A stretch of 64,000 bases of DNA. Origin: Phyllobates terribilis (taxonomy: Eukaryota). A program made the translations under genes and the position numbers. The notes beneath the pieces are model-generated. The model searched no databases. It saw only the letters and a list, made by a program, of their open reading frames with translations, and was not told the origin of the DNA. Location of the stretch: positions 363,382,001-363,446,000 of the forward strand of contig NW_027362769.1 of the NCBI RefSeq assembly GCF_046119375.1. The letters are read 5' to 3'. Positions 41,020 to 53,344 of the stretch are shown in pieces. Positions within the stretch are counted from its first letter, which is position 1. Every line of letters starts with the position of its first letter.

Positions 41020-41325
41020 GGGCTCGTTCACACAGACAGCGTTTGCGCGTTTTTTCAGCGCATCCGTCCTGCACTGAAAAAGTGAGCCTATTGTTGTCAA
41101 TGGGCTAGTGCAGACACTACGCTTTTTCTGCGCATCGAACGGATGCGCAGAAAAAAGCGACAGCTTGTCCGTTTTTGCCGCGCAGAACGGACTGCCGCCG
41201 CCTATTTGAATGACTGTGTGAGCTAAAAACCAGCGACACAGTAATTCAGCATGCTTTTCTTATACGCGTGCGCATAAAAAGCGCATGCACATAACGGAGC
41301 CGAAACGGCCAGTGTGAGTGAGCCC
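41020..41325. mobile_element. PIF/Harbinger-like MITE
   Basis: TAA | GGGCTCGTTCACAC ... GTGTGAGTGAGCCC | TTA. Confidence 0.7.
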
Positions 41326-41829
41326 TTAATTTTTTTTAAAATAAAGTAAACTGTATATTTTATTTTATCAGTAAACTGAGATCAGAGAGATTATATAAAT
41401 TAAGAAAACCATTTAAAAAAAAACTGTGCCACTGCCATAGTCTTGTGTGAAAATCAAACAAACAAAAACAAGGGCTTTAAGGCAAAATTTTTCGATAAAG
41501 ATCTACTTAGGGATTCACTGTTTATTTGAAATGTAAAGTTATTATATAAGAATGCATGAATTAACATGGTTGAAAACAGAATTAGATTTTTAAGCTCTGT
41601 TTTTCTTGTTGGAATAAGTTCATATTAATGACAAACTTATTTTCAGAGTTGCATCAAGATCTTCTCAGGGATTCAGTGTGTATTTGAAATTTAAAGTTAC
41701 TAAATAGAAATGTATGGGTTTGCCTTGTTGAAAACACAATTATAGTTTTAACCTCTGCTACTTTATTTTTAAATAGAGTGAAGTGGAAATGAAAAATACA
41801 TTAAAAAAATTCAACTGTAAAAAAAAAAA

Positions 41830-42460
41830 TACCATAGGCCTAGGTATGGCAGAATGTGGCGGCGCATAAAGACTGATTCCCTAAAAAGATCTTAATGAAA
41901 CTTGGAAGATAACCTTGTTGTACTAATATGAACTTATTCCAATAAAAAAAACGGAGCTTAAAACCGTTATTCAGTTTCCAACCATGATAACACACTAGGC
42001 AGAGGTATGGAAGAATATGGCGGCGCATAAAGACTGAATCCCTAAAAAGATCTTAATGAAACTTGGAAGATAACCTTGTTGTACTAATATGAACTTATTC
42101 CAATAAAAAAAACGGAGCTTAAAACCGTTATTCAGTTTTCAACCATGATAACACACTAGGCATAGGTATGGAAGAATATGGCGGCGCATAAAGACTGAAT
42201 CCCTAAAAAGATCTTAATGAAACTTGGAAGATAACCTTGTTGTACTAATATGAACTTATTCCAATAAAAAAAACGGAGCTTAAAACCGTTATTCAGTTTC
42301 CAACCATGATAACACACTAGGCAGAGGTATGGAAGAATATGGCGGCGCATAAAGACTGAATCCCTAAAAAGATCTTAATGAAACTTGGAAGATAACCTTG
42401 TTGTACTAATATGAACTAATTCCAATTAAAAAAAAGGAGCTTAAAACTGTTATTCAGTTT
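41830..42460. repeat. ~158-bp tandem repeat, about 4 copies, in the right MULE TIR
   Basis: Inverted homologues at 31940-32220 (left TIR) and 41500-41760. Confidence 0.9.
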
Positions 42461-42671
42461 CCAAAAAAGTTAACCCCTACATTCATGTATAGCAACTTTA
42501 TGTCAAATAAATACATAAGTAAATAAATTGGTTATTCTGCTTCAAATAGAGTGAAATGGAAAGGAAAACTAAATTAAGAAAATGAAACTGTAAAAAAAAA
42601 CTACCATAGGCATAGGTATAGATAAATGTGGCACATAGGGTTTTAGTATGCACCATTATGGAGGATTTGGT

Positions 42672-42687
42672 GGCTCTGAAAAGAGCC
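42672..42687 (-). terminator. Histone 3' stem-loop of H3
   Basis: Minus strand GGCTCTTTTCAGAGCC ACCAA. Confidence 0.95.
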
Positions 42688-42716
42688 TTTGTGTTAGTCA
42701 GACGTGTAGGACGGAT

Positions 42717-43181
<465 letters not shown>

Positions 43182-43775
43182 TTATACTCCTCTGCTCCTG
43201 TTACCGCGTCATATGAACACGCCCCCTACACTGCATTGATAATATCATAAATTAACATGAGCCGCCAAAACAGGTGTGATATCCGAGACCAATCATTATT
43301 CCCAAAATCATCCCAACGCCCATTAATCCCGCCCTCAAAAAGAGGGGCAGGGTCTCTGTTCACACTCTTTTCTGGCTGCGGATACTGGCACAGGGTCACA
43401 CCATGTCTACATGCGGCTTCTACAGCAAGAGCCGCCGTCGTCACTGTTCTATGTCACCAGTACACGGAGCTGTACAGGGTCTACTCTATCATCAGTCAAA
43501 TCACTGGTTCTCCAATTCTCTCATCGAACTAATAACCGCACACTAATCCTTTCACTAATAAAGACGCAGGTTACAAGTGGTGATTGATTAGGATGATGTA
43601 GATTTCTGTAGGACATCGGCCCCTTCCCTCCATTGATTACACTGATCGGTCACCTGCACTGGTGTGATCGGGACACAGCGCAGCTCTATGCGGAGATGTG
43701 GGGAAAAGCTTATTCATTATAACACTGGAGCCGCTCCCTGTACACACTATAATCTAGAAGCGGCAGCATATACGG

Positions 43776-44400
43776 GCACTGATCATACAGATCTGCCGGG
43801 GACAAGGTGGTGGCACTGATCATACAGCTCTGCAGGGGACAAGGTGGTGGCACTGATCATACAGCTCTGCAGGGGACAAGGTGGTGGCACTGATCATACA
43901 GCTCTGCAGGGGACAAGGTGGTGGTACTGATCATACAGCTCTGCCGGGGACAAGGTGATGGCACTGATCATACAGCTCTGCCAGGGACAAGGTGGTGGCA
44001 CTGATCATACAGCTCAGCCGAGGACAAGGTGGTGGCACTGATCACACAGCTCTACAAGGAACAAGGTGGTGGCACTGGTCACAGCTCTGCCAGGGAAAAG
44101 GTGGTGGCACTGATCAATCAGCTCTGCAGGGTACAAGGTGGTGGCACTGATCATACAGCTCTGAAGGGGACAAGGTGGTGGCACTGATCATACAGCTCTG
44201 CCGGGGACAAGGTGGTGGCACTGATCATACAGCTCTGCAGGGTACAAGGTGGTGGCATTGATAATATAGCTCTGCCGGGACAAGATGATGGCACTGATCA
44301 TACAGCTCTGCAGGGTACAAGGTGGTGGCACTGATCATACAGCTATGAAGGGGACAAGATGATGGCACTGATCATACAGCTCTGCAGGGAACAAGGTGGT
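43776..44400 (-). repeat. 37-bp minisatellite, about 17 copies, containing the H1 cleavage site and U7-binding HDE
   Basis: Minus-strand unit GCCACCACCTTGTCCCCTGCAGAGCTGTATGATCAGT; abuts the H1 stem-loop. Confidence 0.92.
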
Positions 44401-44416
44401 GGATCTGAAAAGAGCC
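44401..44416 (-). terminator. Histone 3' stem-loop of H1 with a C:T mismatch in stem pair 3
   Basis: Minus strand GGCTCTTTTCAGATCC versus consensus ...AGAGCC. Confidence 0.85.
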
Positions 44417-44446
44417 TTTGTGGGGTAATAACAGGGCGGCTTTGGA

Positions 44447-45103
44447 TTATTTCTTAGCTGCGGGCTTCTTGGCTTTAGCTGCCTTCTTAGCAGGACTCTT
44501 GGCAGCTTTGGGTTTAGCAGCTTTCTTAGCCGGACTCTTCGTCACCTTCTTGGGCTTCGGAGCGGCCTTTAGCTTCTTGGGGCTCTTGGCCGCCTTCTTG
44601 GCAGCTGCTGCGGGCTTCTTGGCCTTTTTCGGGCTCTTCTTGGCCGCGGTCGGAGCCTTCTTGGGCTTCTTAGGAGACTTGGCGGCTTTCTTGGCTGCAG
44701 CAGGCTTCTTGGGCTTGGCATCAGCTGCTGACTTCTTCCTGGCCGCTTTGTCCTTAGTCTCCTGCTGCTTCTTGTTCAGCTTGAAGGACCCGGAGGCGCC
44801 GCTGCCCTTCACCTGGAGGAGGGCGCCCTTGGTGACCAGAGACTTGACGGCCAGCTTCAGGCGGCTGTTGTTCTTCTCTACATCGTATCCTCCGGCACAC
44901 AGAGCCTTCTTCAGGGCGGCCAGAGACACCCCACTGCGCTCCTTAGAGGCGGACACGGCTTTCACGATCAGATCGGAGACGCTGGGACCGGAGGGCTTCT
45001 TGCTTTTTTTGACGCCCCCGGCGGCGGATTTTTTCGGCTGCTTCTTGGATTTGGCGGCCGGTTCCGCGGGAGGGGGAGCGGCGGCTGGTGCGGTCTCTGC
45101 CAT
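44447..45103 (-). CDS. H1: Linker histone H1, somatic type, 218 aa (true ATG at 45103)
   Basis: [15 protein letters not shown]; globular domain [39 protein letters not shown]; Lys/Ala/Pro-rich tail with SPKK motifs. Confidence 0.96.
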   Translation of the reverse strand: MAETAPAAAPPPAEPAAKSKKQPKKSAAGGVKKSKKPSGPSVSDLIVKAVSASKERSGVSLAALKKALCAGGYDVEKNNSRLKLAVKSLVTKGALLQVKGSGASGSFKLNKKQQETKDKAARKKSAADAKPKKPAAAKKAAKSPKKPKKAPTAAKKSPKKAKKPAAAAKKAAKSPKKLKAAPKPKKVTKSPAKKAAKPKAAKSPAKKAAKAKKPAAKK

Positions 45104-45195
45104 CGTGTGCTGCGGAACTAGAACACAAATATCTCCTGATAGGAAACAAAACACTGAGGCCGGAGCTGGAGGCGCCTGTTATATGTACAGGCTTA

Positions 45196-45603
<408 letters not shown>

Positions 45604-47231
45604 TCAGTCGCTTTTTATCCACCGCTGCCCCGACCTCCTACCTTATCATTGGATGGATCTGAAGCCGCCAATGTGAAGCAGACTTGTGGAAACACCAATA
45701 AGACGCAGCCTACACAGGTCACGTGACTTTTTGTTCATGAGTTTGAAGTTCCCGCTCAGCGGCTGATGGCTTTTCTGTTCTTTGTCTCCATATAACACAA
45801 GGTTCTATGACCGACCTATATCGGGAAAGCAGCTTGTGTTCAGCGATCATTGGTCGTTTACATCCCATACAGGAGTCTGGAGATTTTAGTTGAGCAGTCT
45901 CCGCTTTCTGTAATACAAGACCCGGGGTCAGGGATGCTTCGGTTTCCTTTCATGGATATAAAGAGTGAATAAGCCATCAGCTGGCTATGCTTTGTTGTTC
46001 CCATTATTAAAGAGTGGGTCTCCTATACTGTTATTGCGTATGCAGTAACTATCACTTCCCGGTGCCTGCGCAATGGAACCCTGCGGCGCAGTGCAGAGAG
46101 GGACGGCGCCAGGATGAAGCAAAGCGCGCCTTATGTGAGCGGCACTTTGCTCATGCCCGAGAAGTGAGGTAGAACAGAGCACATCACAGGGCCGTGTGAC
46201 GTGTAGGGCAGTGGGGTAATAAGGTAACTAACCATATAGGCGGATATTTTGGGGAACAATATACAGTTAGGTGGGGATTTATTGGCATCCGGGGGATGCC
46301 AAGCCTGTGGAAAATAGAGTAGATGAAAACACTTTTCTCTGCAATCAAGCCTCTACTATGAGCCATACAGGTATGTATAGATTTTCTTTTCTACAACCTG
46401 TATGCCCATAGTAGAGGTCTGATATCTCCCAGGGGGTGGCAGATTCCCTTAACAGAATGTGTCTGTTGTATTTCAAATAAAGTGTTTACTCTGTGTCTGT
46501 GTGTTTATTTAACTCTTTACTTTACTTTATTTAGGCTTGGTAATGACAGGGTCTGATTGACATTTTGTCATCACCAAACAAAAGAGCTAGGTGTAAGCTA
46601 ATCCAATTCACCCAATTTTCATCAGCATTCCCATTCATGTAATTTCTGGGGCATCTGAAAGCTGTTTTAATATTTTTTTTTATTATATGCTCAATCCCCG
46701 AAGCCCTATCTTTTGTAAAATAACTAAAAATAAAAAACAACCATATCCCTCACATGTCCGCTATCATGACGCAATCCAGATTGTCCCTCGGCGATCCGGG
46801 TCACATCTACAGCAGTGACTTCAGCAATCACTGATGTCACTGCTGTAGAAGACAGCAATGTACACTGACAGGGGTGTAATCACTACTGCCAGTATACATT
46901 GCAGCTGCAAGAGTGAGGTCACTTGGGTTCATAAGCTGAAGATCAGCTGATCAGTCTCGGTGATCTCAGCCTCAGTGGAATGTGGGAACACTAGTGATGA
47001 GCGACCATGCTTGCCACTGCTCGGTACTCGCCGAGCATCTCAGTACTCGAGATGCTGGGAGCTCGCCGAATACTGCATGTTTGGCGCTATTTAGAGCACC
47101 AATCATACAGGGATTGTCTACCACTCACTGTAATGTCACAGCCTTGGTAGATGTGGCATTACCCGACAATTTAGAACAGAAAGAATAGAGCATCACACAT
47201 AGATTAGACAGATAGAAACATGTGAGTCACA

Positions 47232-50200
47232 TCTACTATATAATTGTCTTATCCCATCTGTCTGTCTATCTGTCTGTCTGTCTTTCTGTCTGTCTGTCCT
47301 GGAAATCCCGCGTCGCTCATTGGTCCGGCAGCGGCCAATCAGCGCCGCGGGATTTCTGAAAAAAGATGGCGGCCGTTAGCGGCTCATCTGGCGGACGGAG
47401 GTCAGCGGCGATGCAGCGGGGAGATGAGCGGCGCTAGCAGCACAACTACCCCGACCGGCGCCGCTGACCTCCATGCGGCTAACGTCGGAAGATCAGCGGC
47501 TTGGCCCGCTGATCTCCCGACAGCAAGTGTGAACGGAGGACCGGGGAGCGGTGCCGCCGGTCGGGACGCTTCTGCTGCGAGCAGTCGCTCATCTCCCGGC
47601 TTATCGCAGCAGATGGAGCCTCACAGGCAGCGGCGCTCCCCGGTCCTCGCTAATACGGAGCCGCACAAGCAGCGCCGCTCCCGGGCTCACACTAATACGA
47701 CGCTGATTGGTCGCAGTGGCCATACGCGACCAATCAGCGAGATGGGTGGCAAATTTAAACGCCGCTCTGCTGATTGGTCGCGGTGGCCGGCCGACCGCGA
47801 CCAATCAGCGAGATGGGAGGCAAATTTAAACGCCGCTGTGCTGATTGGTCGCGGCCGGTCACCGCGACCAATCAGCGTGATGACCGGGAAATTTAAACGC
47901 CGCTGTGCTGATTAATCGCGGCCGGCCACAGCGACCAATGAGCGAGATGGGCGGCAAATTTAAACGCCGCTCTGCTGATTGGTCGCGGTGGCCGGGAGTG
48001 ACCAATGAGCGAGATGGGCGGCAAATTTAAACGCCGCTCTGCTGATTGGTCGCGGTGGCCGGGAGTGACCAATGAGCGAGATGGGCGGCAAATTTAAACA
48101 CCGCTCTGCTGATTGGTCACGGTGGCCGGCTACCGCGACCAATCAGCGAGATGGGCGGCAAATTTAAACGCCGCTCTGCTGATTGGTCGCGGTGGCCGGC
48201 CGACCGCGACCAATCAGCGAGATGGGCGGCAAATTTAAACGCCCCACTGCTGATTGGTCGCGGTGGCCGGCCGCGACCAATCAGCGAGATGGGCGGCAAA
48301 TTTAAACGCCGCTCTGCTGATTGGTCGCGGTGGCTGCAGCGACCAATCAGCGAGATGGGAGGCAAATTTAAACACCGCTGTGCTGATTGGTTGCGGTGGC
48401 CGGCCGTGACCAATTAGCGAGATGGGCGGCAAATTTAAACGCCGCTGTGCTGATTGGTCGCGGCCGGCCACCGCGACCAATGAGCGAGATGGGCGGCAAA
48501 TTTAAACGCCGTTCTGCTGATTGGTCGCGGTGGCCGGCCGTGACCAATCAGCAAGATGGGCGGCAAATTTAAACGCCGCTCTGCTGATTGGTCGCGGTGG
48601 CCGGCTACCGCGACCAATCAGCGAGATGGGCAGCAAATTTAAACGCCGCTGTGCTGATTAATCGCGGCCGGCCACCGCGACCAATCAGCGAGATGGGCGT
48701 CAATTTTAAACGCCGCTCTGCTGATTGGTCGCGGCCGGCTACCGCGACCAATCAGCGAGATGGGCGGCAAATTTAAACGCCGCTCTGATGATTAATCGTG
48801 GCCGGCCACCGCGACCAATCAGCGAGATGGGCGGCAAATTTAAACAACGCTCTGCTGATTGGTCGCTGACGCCAGACGCGACCAATCAGCGAGATTGGCG
48901 CCAAATTTATACAACGCTCTGCTTATTGGTCGCGGACGGCAGACGAGTCCAATCAGCGAGATTAGCGCCAAATTTAAACAACGCTCTGCTGATTGGTTGC
49001 GGTGGCCGGCGCAACCAATCAGCGATTTTGGTGCCAATTTGAAACACCGCTCTGCTGATTGTTCGCGGTCGCCGGCCGCGACCAATGAGCAGTATTGGCG
49101 CCAAATTTAAACGCCGCTCTGCTGATTGGTCGCGGTGGCCGGCCGCGACCAATCAGCAAGATGTCCGGCAAATTTAAACGCCGCTCTGCTGATTGGTAGC
49201 GGTGGCCGGCTGCAATTAATCAGCGAGATGGGCGGCAAATTTAAACGCCACTCTGCTCATTGGTCGCGGCCGGCCACCGCGACCAATCAGCGATATCGGC
49301 GGCAAATTTAAACGCCGCTCTGCTGATTGGTCGCGGTGACCGCGACCAATCAGCGTTATGGGCGGCACATTTAAACGCCGCTCTGCTGATTGGTCGCGGT
49401 GGCCGGCCGTCCGCGACCAATCAGCGAGATTGCCGCCAAATTTAAACAACGCTCTGCTGATTAGTCGCGGATGGCAGACGCGACCAATCAGCGAGATTGG
49501 CGCCAAATTTAATCAACGCTCTGCTGATTGGTCGCGGTGGCCGACCGCGACCAATCAGAGAGATGGGCGGCAAATTTAAACGCCGCTCTGCTCATTGGTC
49601 GCGGTGGCCGTCCGCGACCAATCAGCGAGATGGGCGGCACATTTAAACTCCGCTCTGCTGATTGGTCGCGGTGGCCGGCCGTCCGCGACCAATCAGCGAG
49701 ATTGGCGCCATATTTAAACAACGCTCTGCTGATTGGTCGCGGCTGCCAGCCGCGGCCAATCAGCGAGATTGCCGCCAAATTTAAACAACGCTCTGCTGAT
49801 TGGTCGCGTCTGGTGTCAGCGACCAATCAGCGAGATTGGCGCCAAATTTAAACAACGCTCTGCCTATTGGTCGCGGACGGCAGACGCGACCAATCAGCGA
49901 GATTAGCGCCAAATTTAAACAACGCTCTGCTGATTGGTTGCGGTGGCCGGCCGCGACCAATGAGCAGTATTGGCGCCAAATTTAAACCCCGCTCTAATTG
50001 GTCGCGGCCGACGGTCACGACCGATCAGCAATTTTGGTGCCAAATTTAAACAATGCTCTGCTGATTGGTCGCGGTCACCGGCCGCGAACAATCAGCAGTA
50101 TTGGCACAAAATTTAAACCCCGCTCTGCTGATTGGTCGCGGTTACCGGTCACGAATAACCAGCATTATTGGCGACAAATTTAAACACTGCTCTGCTGATT

Positions 50201-50452
50201 AGTCGTGGCCGTGACCAATCACCATTATTGGCGACAAATTTAAATAACGCTCTGCTGATTGGTCCCGGCCGCGACCAATCAGCATTATTGGCGCCAAATT
50301 TAAACCCCGCTCTGCTGATATGGTCGCGGTTGCCGGCCTCGACCAATCAGCGATTTTGGCGCCAAATTTAAATACCGCTCTGCTGATTGCGCCCGGTCGG
50401 CCGCATACCTATTCTAGAATACCCGATGCGTTAGAATCGGGCCACCATCTAG
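47232..50452 (+). mobile_element. Non-autonomous Helitron #1
   Basis: A | TCTACTATAT 5' end; 3' hairpin CCCGAT..ATCGGG then CTAG | T; no TSD. Confidence 0.85.
47700..50400. repeat. ~60-70-bp palindromic tandem array, roughly 40 units, with paired CCAAT boxes around GGCG(G/C)CAAATTTAAA
   Basis: GCGACCAATCAGC-gagatGGGCGGCAAATTTAAACGCCGCtct-GCTGATTGGTCGC. Confidence 0.95.
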
Positions 50453-51299
50453 TATATAATAAGTACAGTGACAGTGTTGGTTACTGTACTTGTCATTTAG
50501 TGTTAAAATAAAGGATTTATTAAAAAAAAAATTGGCGTGGGGTTCCCCGTTATTTTAGTCTCTAGCGGAGGTTAAGCACATGGCTGGGGCAGATGTTTGA
50601 AGCCTGGGAAGGGGGTAATTCCCACGGAGCTTCCCAGGCTACTAATATCAGCCCCCAGCTGAATACCTAGCCTTTACTAGCTATTAAAATGGGGGACATG
50701 AACTCGACTCATCTGGATGCCGTCACAGCCAGACACTGAGGAGCTTCACTGAGGAGCTTCTCAGTGTCTGCGGCATGGCAAACTGGATGGCAGCGTTCTG
50801 CTGCGATCCAGCCTGTCATGTCAATGTAGCAGAGCTAAAGCCATCCTGGGAACCATGGAAAGGTAAGGAATCCTAACCTCTAGTATTAAAACCTTACGTA
50901 TGTAAAGTGACGTAATGTTAATAAGGGATGAGAAGGCCTGAGACCTGGCTAATGGACACCCAGCCATGGAGAAATATACAAATGTAATGTCCAGGTCTAG
51001 GAAAAAGGAAACCACTCCTTTATTTGCAAAGAGTGCAAAAATCCTGAAACCGAAGCCTAAAGAGAAAAAGTGGAAAATAAATGCATGTGCATGCACTGTG
51101 TAGGCCCATGTTCACACTGGCCACCAAACATTCCAGGGGGCATCGTTTTTCTACAAGAGGTGTATATGATTATATTCCAGGCGGATGTTATTTAACGTAA
51201 TGTTAGTATAAAAAATATATAAAACAACTTGCGCTAGTGTATAGGGTATGTGGCAAGAAATAACATTGAAGATGTTAAAAATGTCCAATTTTATTTAAA

Positions 51300-52078
51300 T
51301 ATGTAGGTTACAAGAAGTTAAAAATCATTGCTCGGTATAGAAATTTGAAAAGATTGAAATTTGGACGTGACGCTATCCCAGACATTAACACACAATATCA
51401 CATACGGGAAGGATTAGTTTTTGAAGTTGTGAACGAGGCCATAGCCAGTCCACCACCATCGGACACCCAAATATCAGAGGACAGATTTTCCACCCATCCA
51501 ACACCAGACTATTATCATCAAACACAACTGGATGGCCATAGAGGCACAACAACCAGCCCTCAACCTTCCACTGAAGCTACCTCCCCAATACTTACGCCCA
51601 TTAACACACAAAACCGCTTTGACCCACTGGAAAAAAATTAATGAATACCCTAGCAATAATAATCAATATCCTACCGCCTCCCAAGACAACGGCTTGAGAA
51701 CCAGATCGAACTCTCAACACCCACAAATTAGTAAAAGGGCCAGCAACTCAAATTTTTTTCAGTTGGCCCAAAGAAAAGGCGCCAAAGGGGCTGTAGAGGA
51801 GGGCAATTCTCCAAAAAGAAGAAACAATTAGAAGAGATAAACAGTAAAGGTGATTCTATTTTTAACCTAAGTAAACACAACCTAAAACCCAATGAAATCA
51901 ACCTACTTAATAAGGGCCTGAAGTTTGCCCCTTCGATAGGCCTTAACAAATTTCAGGCCTTTTTTGGAATCAAACAATTCATGAGAAAATTGGCTCTCAA
52001 AAAATATTACATAAAAAAGGAAACCCAAACTCCAACACAGGATCAAGCTAATCCGCCCACTTCATCGTATATACACAC
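51300..52078 (+). pseudogene. Penelope-like retroelement N-terminal fragment
   Basis: From 51849: GDSIFNLSKHNLKPNEINLLNKGLKFAPS..NKF..FMRKLALKKYY, a motif typical of the region upstream of Penelope RT. Confidence 0.7.
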
Positions 52079-53023
52079 CAGGGCCGGCTCCAGGTTTTTG
52101 TGGGCCCCGGGCGAAAGAGTCTCAGTGGGCCCCTTTAACAGATATTATGATTCCAGATGCACCCCTTAAGTGTGTAAGCCCCCCAACATGCAGCATCAGT
52201 CAAATTCTACATGCAAGAGGAATGAAATGCAACAACACCCCCTTACATATGCAAGGCGCCAACATGCAACATAAAGGGTATGTGCACACGGTCAGTAAAC
52301 GCTGCTGATTGGATGCAGCACACTTGCGCTGCGTGCAAACCACATCATTCGATAATACAAGCAAAGTGGATGGGATTTGAAGAAATCCCATGCCCACTAT
52401 GCATCTCCAGGCACCTGCGGATCACCCGCGGATACGGACTTGCGGCGCGTCTTTCCGTCAATTTCTCTTGCGGAGTCGCTAGTCTCCACAAGAGAAATTA
52501 GATCAGTGCAATGTATAGGATGGGGTGAATCCGCATGGTTCAATGAACACATGCGGATTCACCTGCGTGCAGCGCTTTGGACGCAGCATAAAGTATACTG
52601 CGTTCAAAGCGTTGACAGTACAGATGGTGTGCCCATAACTCATTCCCTGTAAAAGCCCCCACAACATGCAACACATGCATGCATCACCCCCTTCCCTGTG
52701 CTAGACCCTCAACATCACCCACTTACATATGCAAGTCCCCAACATGCAACATCACTTCCCTATGCAATTCCCCACAATATGCAGTGCCATGCATGCATCA
52801 CGCCCTTCCCTCTGCTAGACCCTCAACATCACCCACTTATATATGCAAGTCCCCAACATGCAACATCACTTCCCTATGCAATTCCCCACAATATGCAGTG
52901 CCATGCATGCATCACGCCCTTCCCTCTGCTAGACCCTCAACATCACCCACTTATATATGCAAGTCCCCAACATGCAACATCACTTCCCTATGCAATTCCC
53001 CACAATATGCAATGCCATGCATG
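52079..53023 (+). mobile_element. Left part of a hAT-like non-autonomous element with internal ~118-bp repeats; interrupted by LTR copy B
   Basis: Starts CAGGGCCGGCTCCAGG; repeats at ~52660-53020; other end not in the window. Confidence 0.55.
52276..52640. mobile_element. Harbinger-like MITE
   Basis: GGGTATGTGCACAC ... GTGTGCCCATAAC imperfect TIRs. Confidence 0.4.
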
Positions 53024-53344
53024 TGTGGCACCCCTGAGGGTTCGACCGCCACAGGAATGCTGCACTTCTCTAATGGAGTGTAGTGTTCCTCCTCTGAGGT
53101 AAGCCCGGTGTGATGGTCGCGACCCAGCCTTGCATCCAACACCACACTTCTCCACCAGAGGGAGCTAGTATGCACTAGGTGTTGCTCCCCTGGTTACAGG
53201 GAGACTGGGGAACACAAAGTGGTAGGAACCAGTTAGTGGGTGTGGGTGGAGGACTTACAGGTTAGTTACACCTTAAATTTCATATTTAATAGAAAGCCAT
53301 CTTTGATCTTGGTCTGTTGTTCTTCTCTGGTCCTTTGTCTAGCC

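Larger units (their letters stand above)
31358..42654 (+). mobile_element. Full-length Mutator (MULE)/Foldback-like DNA transposon, 11.3 kb
   Basis: 9-bp TSD ATTATGGAG (31349-31357, 42655-42663); termini GG-NNN-ATACTAAAACCCTATGTG inverted at both ends; long TIRs made of tandem subrepeats; internal MULE transposase ORF. Confidence 0.88.

Noticed and set aside
46195-46510. Possible LTR fragment (TGTGACG start, AATAAA)
   Set aside because: No second LTR, PBS or TSD could be found by eye
47700-50400. CRISPR-like look of the palindromic repeat array
   Set aside because: Eukaryotic context, no unique spacers, no cas genes
47244-50511. Dozens of short ORFs in the Helitron arrays (also 63178-63926)
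   Set aside because: Repeat translations; no Rep/helicase motifs
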